DNA of 64,000 nt from Octopus sinensis (Eukaryota), in the NCBI RefSeq assembly GCF_006345805.1, contig NC_042998.1, positions 89,156,001 to 89,220,000 of the forward strand, read 5' to 3'. How positions within the stretch are numbered: the stretch's first letter is position 1; every line of letters starts with the position of its first letter. The notes beneath the pieces were generated by a model, which was given only the letters and a program-made list of their open reading frames with translations, made no database searches and had not been told where the DNA came from. Shown one piece after another: positions 53,500 through 64,000 of this stretch. A program made the position numbers and the translations under genes.

Positions 53500-54415
53500 T
53501 TTTAACAGAGCCCCATGGAATTGAGACGTTGAAGTAATTTGCAAGATTTATTATATGGATTAAGAGTCCAGAAAGGGTGGCTTAACTGACTGGTAATATT
53601 TAATCACATTCTATCTTTACTATTTTTAGGCAAAACAACTAAACGTCTGTGACAGTAACTGTAGTCGATTCAGTTAATTATTTTCTATCGCAAATATATC
53701 CTCTTGTATTAAGTGTCATTAGAACATCAGACAAAATGCCTTGCATTATCTCCATGCTGACGTCAATCTATTGAGCTTGATACTTTAAATCTTTAGCAAG
53801 ATCATTACAATAATTGGGTCAAAGCTGAAATAAGTTGTATAGTTTACAGACCTTTAACAGCATGGTGAAAGGACCTTAAAGCACTTGGCTGGCTGTGTGA
53901 AATGTAGAAACTTCTGATACTGTTCCATCCCAATGGGTATCGCTGTCTTTCACTTCAAATACAATTTTGCAGGTGGTACAAATTCTACCGTGACAGTTTG
54001 AAAATCTGTAAATGAAATTGCACCTTTCACTTTGCTGAGAAGTCGTGGAAAGAATCATCCCTATTAAATGTCCAGAACACTCTCTTCCAATTGTACTCTT
54101 ATAACTTATGTGAAGTTGACCTTCAACAAGAGTACATTGCTTTCTTCATCTTCATTGCTCAGTGATGCCTGTATAGTAGGACAGAGGATAATGTTATATA
54201 AACGTTTTTGGGTAAGGAACATACCGGTACTGCTTGAAAAAGTCCCTACGCGCTGTGTCCTTTTAGACTTCATGTTTGCCGTTCAGCCGTTACTGGAGTG
54301 AAGTAAATAAGGTCACCATTCCCAGAGTGAAATGCAACAGGCAGCATGTTAGGATAATTCATGAATGGGAAGCAGAAAATGCCAATGGCCATTTTTTAAA
54401 ATTCTGACACATCCT
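53500..54415 (-). mobile_element. Decayed Helitron Rep/helicase fragment (copy 1)
   Basis: Frameshifted WHFLLPIHE..AFHSGNGDLIYF..KTFI...P.SYYT..RKQ..VEG..TIGR..FF.RLLSKVKGAISF.DFQTV.G..DTHWDGT..FAMLL match the conserved Helitron stretch between Rep and helicase. Confidence 0.82.
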
Positions 54416-54836
54416 TTTGAGGTGGAGATAATTTTAATAAATCAAGAATATACACAGTATGGTGTTTGATACAACTGTGTTTGTGTGGATCATATACACA
54501 CAGCTGGCCAGACATATTTCATATTTGTTTAATCTAATTACATTACCTAGGCCATATTGTTTTTTTTATATGTCTACGTTCCTTGGCTCCGGAGATACGT
54601 CAAGAGGATTATCGTGCTGATGACGCCTATTGAGACAGAAACACATGTCCATTATTTTCCTCATATCTCCAGACAATAAGTCTCTCCCGTTCCTTAATGA
54701 CATGTCAACTCTGCATATTTATTTTGCACACACACCCAGACACACAAACACACACGCACACATGTACATTCACACACATATGCCTATGTTCTGTGTGTGT
54801 ATCTGCGTGGTGTGAGTGAATATATATGTATGTATA

Positions 54837-54945
<109 letters not shown>

Positions 54946-55394
54946 CATACATACATGATGGCTGTCCACTCGTGACCGAGGATGACCATTGCAGACCTTC
55001 AGGAACATTGTGCGCTGTAGGACTAACTTATATTTTGCATCTGCGGCTCCGTTGGTGGCTAATGAGCCCTGCTCTTACATACATACATACATACATACTA
55101 CATACATACATACATACATGCACACAAAACTCGCTGCAATTCGCAGACCAGCCAATTTTGAGAAATGTATATCCAGAAGCATTCTATCCTTAGTTATGCA
55201 GCCTTTTAAGAAATAGCTATGACTGCATTATTCAATGAGTCCTACATGTGTAGGATGGTGTAATTTGTAAGGTCTGCAGGAGGATTACCTACACGTTCAA
55301 GGTCCTTTCGCCATGCTGTTAAAGGTCTGTAAACTATACAACTTATTTCAGCTTTGACCCAAGCAGATCGAGTGCCCATGTAGTCTTTGATGTA

Positions 55395-56310
55395 TTTTAA
55401 CAGAGCCCCATGGAATTGAGACGTTGAAGTAATTTGCAAGATTTATTATATGGATTAAGAGTCCAGAAAGGGTGGCTTAACTGACTGGTAATATTTAATC
55501 ACATTCTATCTTTACTATTTTTAGGCAAAACAACTAAACGTCTGTGACAGTAACTGTAGTCGATTCAGTTAATTATTTTCTATCGCAAATATATCCTCTT
55601 GTATTAAGTGTCATTAGAACATCAGACAAAATGCCTTGCATTATCTCCATGCTGACGTCAATCTATTGAGCTTGATACTTTAAATCTTTAGCAAGATCAT
55701 TACAATAATTGGGTCAAAGCTGAAATAAGTTGTATAGTTTACAGACCTTTAACAGCATGGTGAAAGGACCTTAAAGCACTTGGCTGGCTGTGTGAAATGT
55801 AGAAACTTCTGATACTGTTCCATCCCAATGGGTATCGCTGTCTTTCACTTCAAATACAATTTTGCAGGTGGTACAAATTCTACCGTGACAGTTTGAAAAT
55901 CTGTAAATGAAATTGCACCTTTCACTTTGCTGAGAAGTCGTGGAAAGAATCATCCCTATTAAATGTCCAGAACACTCTCTTCCAATTGTACTCTTATAAC
56001 TTATGTGAAGTTGACCTTCAACAAGAGTACATTGCTTTCTTCATCTTCATTGCTCAGTGATGCCTGTATAGTAGGACAGAGGATAATGTTATATAAACGT
56101 TTTTGGTAAGGAACATACCGGTACTGCTTGAAAAAGTCCCTACGCGCTGTGTCCTTTTAGACTTCATGTTTGCCGTTCAGCCGTTACTGGAGTGAAGTAA
56201 ATAAGGTCACCATTCCCAGAGTGAAATGCAACAGGCAGCATGTTAGGATAATTCATGAATGGGAAGCAGAAAATGCCAATGGCCATTTTTTAAAATTCTG
56301 ACACATCCTT
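55395..56310 (-). mobile_element. Decayed Helitron Rep/helicase fragment (copy 2)
   Basis: Duplicate of 53500-54415. Confidence 0.82.
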
Positions 56311-56732
56311 TTGAGGTGGAGATAATTTTAATAAATCAAGAATATACACAGTATGGTGTTTGATACAACTGTGTTTGTGTGGATCATATACACACAGCTG
56401 GCCAGACATATTTCATATTTGTTTAATCTAATTACATTACCTAGGCCATATTGTTTTTTTTATATGTCTACGTTCCTTGGCTCCGGGAGATACGTCAAGA
56501 GGATTATCGTGCTGATGACGCCTATTGAGACAGAAACACATGTCCATTATTTTCCTCATATCTCCAGACAATAAGTCTCTCCCGTTCCTTAATGACATGT
56601 CAACTCTGCATATTTATTTTGCACACACACCCAGACACACAAACACACACGCACACATGTACATTCACACACATATGCCTATGTTCTGTGTGTGTATCTG
56701 CGTGTGTGTGAGTGAATATATATGTATGTATA

Positions 56733-56848
<116 letters not shown>

Positions 56849-57248
56849 CATACATACATGTATATATGTATGTATGATAATGTGCATGTTCATGTATGTA
56901 TGTTCATGCGTCTGTTAGTAAGCCGAACCTCCGAAATCACTCTCAAACTTTGCTTTGTAAGAAATCGATGAATATACACCAAAATGTTTCAAGATTGATT
57001 ATATTGAATTATGACGAAAGAATTGTATATTGAAGTAGTAAAATTATTTTTCGCTCTCCATTTTTAATATTTGTCATTAAAAATACTTTATGAATATTTG
57101 TGGATTTACAGATAATTATCTGGAAGATCTGTAATTTACAATTTTGTCTAGGATGTGCTTAACACGATAAACACCAGGATTAAACCCCAATGAACTTATA
57201 CGTGTGTGCGTGTGTGTGCATATATATATGTATATGTGTATATATATA

Positions 57249-57281
<33 letters not shown>

Positions 57282-57290
57282 CATACATAC

Positions 57291-57336
<46 letters not shown>

Positions 57337-57509
57337 ATATGTACTATGTATGTACGTGTGAGAGTGTGTGTGTGTGTGTGTGTGGACTCTTTACGCTGGA
57401 TATCATTTTCTAAAAAGATATGTCGTTTGAGAGGTAGTGTGCAGTATTAAACTTCAGTAATGGAATGTTAAGGGTGCTGAAATGAAAGACACAATAGGGC
57501 GTCTTACAA

Positions 57510-57690
57510 AATATCTTGTAATAATTAGTTATATAACTTTATGATCTGAGTTCAAACATTGCAGTAGCTGACTTTCTCTCTCTGCATTCCAGAGTCGATT
57601 AAATCTGTATGTGTCAAGTACTGGGGCTGATATAGTCAAATATCCCTCAATCAAAGTATATGGCATAATATCTATGCTAGAAAACAATAT
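57510..57690 (+). mobile_element. Degenerate SINE family A remnant
   Basis: tctgagttcaaacattgc...gactttctc...gtcgattaaat...gtactggggctgat. Confidence 0.5.
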
Positions 57691-58284
57691 TATCTAAACT
57701 CGAGCTACTTTCTCTGTGACCCATGTAAGTTCTTGATACATTTCATTTTCTTTTCCCAGTTGTAGGTATTTAACGTCACAGCCATTATTAATGTTATGTG
57801 GTTCCTCCCATAAACTTCAAAATTGTGTGTATGGAGCCAGTGACGATGCGGAAGAATTAATATTAGTAGATGATGACTAAATTTCATATATTTGGATTTA
57901 CGTGTCTTGTCAAACCAGCTGGGTTTGCAGCCTTCTAAGCATTGTCAATTATGTCATTTAAATACCCATTGTCATACACACACATATTTATATATGTATA
58001 TAAGAGAGTGAGTATAAGCACACCGACAACGAATAGGACAATCAGTCAACAGGTCGACGATATTTTGTGCTTCTTTTAAATTGAGAAATGTCTCATTAAG
58101 TTGCTGTTAGGCACTTCCTGTTGTTAGGTTTGAGAAAACTTCATATACTTACATACATAAAAACATACATACAGATATGTGTGTGCATACATATGTATGC
58201 GTGCATATATATCATATGTATGTACATGTAAATGTATATGTATATATATGAATATATATGTGTGTATATATTTATATATATATA

Positions 58285-58815
58285 CTAGCAGTATCGCCAG
58301 GCGTTGCTCGGGTTTGTAAGGGAAATAACTATATAAGCATTTTTAGAGAGTTATAGCAAAAAAATGCACTAAAAATGGAATAGAAAATGATGATAATTTT
58401 TTTTTTAAATCGTTGACTCAGTGTCTTCAACCCATGAAGTCGTTGTTCTAAAAGAACGCTGGTCTCCTTGACAACGCATTACGACGTTGATTTCTTTACA
58501 CTCCCTTCCCCACAGCTTCACGAGGGAGGGAAGGGGGAGAAGCAAACAGGTGCAGCTGTGAGCGTGGACGCCAACTCCGCCGCCATCGACACACGATGCA
58601 TTTTATGCATTAAAATGGAATAAAAAATGATGTTAAATTATTTTTTAAATCGTAGACTCATCGTTGACGCGCGCTAATAGTCAGACGGGCTCGATATGAA
58701 TCACGACTATAAGATACCCGAATTTGGTTAAACTGCACCGCAAAATGTGGGAGGAGTTAGGAATCTAAATCGAAGGGGACAGACACTCACACAACTAGAG
58801 TTTTATATATATAGA
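58285..58815 (-). mobile_element. Non-autonomous Helitron, complete
   Basis: Minus strand begins A|TCtatatatataaaactctag and ends with the hairpin cccgagcaacgcctgg, then cgatactgCTAG|T; inserted in (TA)n. Confidence 0.9.
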
Positions 58816-58831
58816 TATATATATATATATA

Positions 58832-59338
58832 CTAGCAGTATCGCCCGGCGTTGCTCGGGTTTGTAAGGGAAATAACTATATAAGCATTTTTAGAGAGTTA
58901 CTTCCTTATAGATGCCTATTCGGGCTTTCTTAGCCATTTCTGTTTTGGTGTCTTCAAGCCATGAAGTCGTTGTTCTAAAAGAACGCTGATCTCCTTGACA
59001 ACGCATTACGACGTTGATTTCTTTACACTCCCTTCCCCACAGCTTCACGAGGGAGGGAAGAAAGGGGAGAAGCAAACACAGGTGCAGGTGTTTGAGCGTG
59101 GACGCCAACTCCGCCGCCATCGACACACGAAAAATTATGCATTAAATTGGAATAAAAATGATGTTAAATTATTTTTAAAATCGTAGACTCATCGTAGACG
59201 CGCGCTATTAGCCAGACGGGCTCGATATTAATCACGACTATAAGATACCCGAATTTGGTTAAACTGCACCGCAAAATGTGGGAGGAGTTAGGAATCTAAA
59301 TAGAAGGGGACAGACACTCACACAACTAGAGTTTTATA

Positions 59339-59345
<7 letters not shown>
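58832..59345 (-). mobile_element. Non-autonomous Helitron, second tandem copy
   Basis: Same termini (hairpin cccgagcaacgccggg, CTAG at 58832-58835); the 5' end dissolves into (TA)n. Confidence 0.88.
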
Positions 59346-59371
<26 letters not shown>

Positions 59372-59388
59372 GAATATATATGTGTGTG

Positions 59389-59438
<50 letters not shown>

Positions 59439-59452
59439 TGTATGTGTGTGTG

Positions 59453-59700
59453 TGTGAAGGCGCGTGGTCTTGTGGTTAGGCTGTTGCACGCACGATCGCT
59501 AGTTCGTGCGTTCGATTCCCAGACCGGGGAGTGTGTTGTGTTCTTGAGCAAAACACTTCATTTCACGTTGCTCCAGTCCCCTATCGATCAAGGGGGAGTG
59601 TTGGCCTGCTCGCCTGGCCAGCAGAGCGGCGTCATTTGATGGCTTAAAGAATGTAAAGCATCTGATAATCTGGTCGGTCTCGTGATCACGGGAAATGTGT
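59453..59700 (+). mobile_element. tRNA-derived SINE family C
   Basis: gaaggcgcgtggtcttgtggttagg...gcgttcgattcccagacc...cttgagcaaaacacttcatttcacgttgctccagtcc. Confidence 0.8.
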
Positions 59701-59719
59701 GTGCGTGCACACAGATGCA

Positions 59720-59783
<64 letters not shown>

Positions 59784-62065
59784 ATTGCATTATATTTTAT
59801 TTAAAACTATTTGCTTTGGGCCCTATGCAACGCTTCTTCTTTCCAACGCTTCTTATAGAAAGCTAGTTTCTGTGGCTCAGTTAACTGAATAAAGACACGT
59901 AGGAAGTTCAAGATAGCTACCCGAAACTGGGCTGCCATTGGTATTTGTGTATGCAAGCACGACAGATGGATGCTAGTTCCTGAAAGTAGGATGAGGTGGA
60001 AACAAAGAGAAAGGAATAGTGTGCGTACATAGATGTTTGTATGGTTGTGTGTGTATGTGTGAGGCACACCACGTATATGGGGTTACGGGGGATGCATAAG
60101 GTTGGACACGCCTTGACCAATGGCTGCTCAGTTTCCTGTGCTGGTTAGTCCATTCTGTTTTTCAGAAAGATATAATAGACTGATATAATTTAAATGTCAT
60201 GATTAACGAAAACGAAACCGGTCGACAAGCATAATATAAAATATATTTAAAAATGCATTAAAACTATGTAAAGTGTGTACATTTTCTTTCTTTTATATAT
60301 ACATATATACATACATATATATAATATGTATATATATTATATATATATATATATTATATATATATATATATACACAAACGTATACGTATAAGATTCCATG
60401 TTGCCACGTCAAATCGGTACAGATATACACAAGCACATGCAACTCAGGCACACATACACACATGCACACGCACGCGATTGTAGGAGAACTAGAAACTAGT
60501 CATTTTGGCCTTTTCTTCTGCTCACGGATAAAATCTCTGCTGTAGCCACATTGCCGCTGCTTACCACATAAGAAATGCCAACCGCTCTTACTAACTTGCA
60601 ACTTAATATACAGTGAGTTGCAAAGAGCTAGTTGTCTCTGCATCGCCAGCAATAGGATACGAACCACCAACTCTTCAACCGGTTGTTCGGTACACTTTCC
60701 TCCCCATCTCTTTCTCTCTCTCTCTCTCTCTTTTTTTGTGCGTTTCCCTGTGTGTGAGAGAGAGAGGGGGAGGGAGACAGAGAGAGTAAACGCATACATA
60801 TCAGTGAACGAAAATGGAATCACTGTCGTGTATTTTTTTTTATTTATATGATTTTTGTCGCAGCATGTTTTCATTGTGATTTGACCAAGACGCCTTTACA
60901 GCTCGTTATCTTCATGAAACACATGTGAGATTTATTAAACTTATAAATACATAAATAATAAAGTAAAAACAAAAAAAAGACTGTCAGGATGATAGAATGA
61001 CCAAACTAAACACCGAAAGCAAGTATATAAAACTGAAGCAGACAGTCATGTTTGTACACCTCAATATGCAAAGATAAATAAGCAAACAAACACGCATATA
61101 CATATATACACACATACACGTATACAGCTTTATGTGCTAGTATGTATGTACGTACATATAAGTATATAGGTGCGTGTGTGTGTTTTATATTTGAGAATGT
61201 GTGTGTGTATCTGTGCATATATACAAACATGCATACACAGATATACACACATGCATATCTGAATACATGTCTAGATATTCGTAAACCAACTCAAGGACAC
61301 TTGTACATTGCAATGCAAAGTGTTGGTAAGGCTACAAAAACAACGCCATAATGTATTACAATTCAAACGTATATGCGCAGATTGCCATTGCAAGTAATTC
61401 CAGCGATGCATTTTGCAGACTATTATACTGTGAGAAAAAATATAAATTCACAGACCAGTGAAAGCAATTTAGTTCCAACAAAAATCTAGGGCGCTTAATA
61501 AACAATACATGTCAAGCACTTCGAAAAAAGCATATGCGGATGTATATGTTTATGAAAATACATCTCGGCCAGTAATGAAATTCATCTAAATTCACACATT
61601 TGATGACATTTAGCTGCTTTGAAAAAATAATTATCATCATCATCATCTCTGTAGTTAATACCATCTTTATTTTCTTTACTGGAAACAAAATTTATATCGC
61701 ATCAATATAGCTAATATAATCAAGAACATCACAGCATGAGTATTCTGAATGCTTTGCACGGGCCGACACAGGATGCAGCCATGTTAGATGCTTTATGCTA
61801 CGATTGAACCTCTTGAAGAGAATATTTACTGTAACTCACTAGTGCCACTGCAAACAAAATGTCTATATTTGTTACATTCTTCACGTCGGCCCTTTTTTTA
61901 TCCTTGGATATCCTTCTCCTCTTTCTCTTTCCTATCTTTCGCCTTCTCTTCCCTCTCCTTCCATTTTCCTTACTGTCCTTATTTTTATTATTGACATACG
62001 TGATAGTATGATTTAGGTTACTAAAACGTGATAAATTTAAAACTTACCCACTGCATGCGCATATG

Positions 62066-62096
<31 letters not shown>

Positions 62097-62243
62097 TGTG
62101 TGTGCGTACGTGTAGAAAGAGAGACAGACAGAGAAAGATAGAATAGATAAAATATATGTATTTATATGTGTGTACCTATGTATGTACGCATATATACATG
62201 TATGTATGCATGTATGTATGTATGTTGTATGTATGTATGTATG

Positions 62244-62317
<74 letters not shown>

Positions 62318-63262
62318 TGTATGAATACACACACAAACACATAGCATACATACATGAACCAATGTAAAATATGTGTACCGAGTGACCGTGTCTACTATTA
62401 TCAAAATGAGGCTATTGTCTATACGTCGTTAATCAGCTTTGCAGTGAAAGAAGCATGGCGATAAAATGCCCAAACGACAATCCCCACAAAACAATATTCT
62501 GAAAGAAAGCCATATTTTACTAATCTTTCAGCTTACTGTGCTAACTATACAAGTAAAAAGCAACAGAACAAAAAACATTTCATTGAAGTAGTTAGCCTAA
62601 AATCAGGGAAGGGTTGTAAAATTCCAACAATAACACCTTGCCTTCTATTTCACTCCGGTGAGGTCCATTGGTATTTTAAAGTTGTAATATTTGTCAGTGG
62701 TTGAAATGATAGCAGCTTTACAATTGCATATTTTTCGGTCCAATCCTCCTGCGAAGAGACTTAGGCAAGTGATTACTTCTATCTATGACCCAGATTCACA
62801 AATGCTTTGTAAAAGAAATTGGGTGGACAAAAATATAATCATATCGTTGCTATTATGCAAAAAGGTCGTATGTCCAAAATGTTACTTTTTCAATAAACGA
62901 AAAAATAGTTTCATAATTCTTTTTACATTAGCAAGTTTCAGCTTAACGATGAAACTTTGTTGGGTGCATAAAATTGTAACTCCATGCATGTATGATATTT
63001 TCAGTCAGAAATAGTTTTGCAAAAATATCGTATGTGGGACTTACTACACTTTTGAAAACTACTAAATCTTTGTACCACACTTTGACAATTTTCATATCTT
63101 GGCATCTGAAGCAGCTGGAGATACAATAATTTGACTAAAAGAACCGGCTATTGCAAGCAAAATTAAATGTTGAAATAAAGTGCATTAGGCCAAATTTAGA
63201 CATACGACAGTTTAACATAATAACAATGATATAGACGTTCGTTGGAAGGACTATTCTTGTCT

Positions 63263-63304
<42 letters not shown>

Positions 63305-63329
63305 TATAATATATATATATAATATATAC

Positions 63330-63362
<33 letters not shown>

Positions 63363-63363
63363 A

Positions 63364-63439
<76 letters not shown>

Positions 63440-63548
63440 CATACATATATATATATATATACATATATATATACATATATATATACATACATATATATAT
63501 ACATATATATATATATACATATATATATATACATATATATATACATAC

Positions 63549-63585
<37 letters not shown>

Positions 63586-64000
63586 TATACTGTTGTGTCT
63601 GCGGAGATCTCTTTTAGTGCCTATAATTTAACACACTCACCGGTAAAATTTCCACTCATTTCCTATATTTTCGTTGCGTCTTGCAACCTTTTCAATAGTT
63701 GTTGTCCGCAATTCATACTGCGTTCTTTTTGTTTGTCTGTGCACATGTGTGTGTGTGTGTGTGTGTTTGCATGTGTGTGTTTACTTCTGTCTCCTTGTGT
63801 GTGCATGTCTAAGTGTGTATGTGTATGGGACGTGTGTCGCCATATGTGTCCTTGTGTGAAGTGTGTGTGCATATATGGTCATGTGTTTCAGTCTTCATTT
63901 TTGTCTGTTCACATAACCTATGTACCTATCCGTCTGTGTGTCTACTGTTCACTTTCATATCAATATGCTTACATACACGTGCATATACATATATACATAC

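Noticed and set aside
62940-63240. Mariner-like TIR (ttgggtgcataaaattgtaac)
   Set aside because: No partner TIR or transposase sequence nearby.

Overview
AT-rich, microsatellite-saturated eukaryotic DNA, most likely intronic or intergenic sequence from an octopus-type cephalopod (inferred from the SINE types and repeat landscape; no database was searched). I recognise no host protein-coding gene, and almost every ORF in the supplied track is a microsatellite read-through or a transposon fragment. The window is a stack of decayed mobile elements: R4/Dong-type RLE LINEs at (TAA)n tracts, a second RLE family beside (CATA)n, CR1-type LINEs, Tx1/L1-type elements, Penelope-like elements (PLEs), one mariner, autonomous-derived and non-autonomous Helitrons, MITE-like foldbacks and three tRNA-derived SINE families. 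Four observations stand out. (1) Hammerhead ribozyme (HHR) motifs from at least four unrelated PLE terminal-repeat families, including a nearly perfect one at 26824-26897 (-). (2) A TSD-bounded ORF1-only ('half-L1'-like) Tx1 element, nested with a second Tx1 insertion inside a third copy of the same orientation. (3) A 3' tail shared between these Tx1 elements and one SINE copy, while sister SINE copies carry another tail. (4) Several long foldbacks and a 1.9-kb near-identical tandem duplication that may be an assembly artefact. All alignments and translations were done by eye, so boundaries without TSDs or TIRs are approximate.
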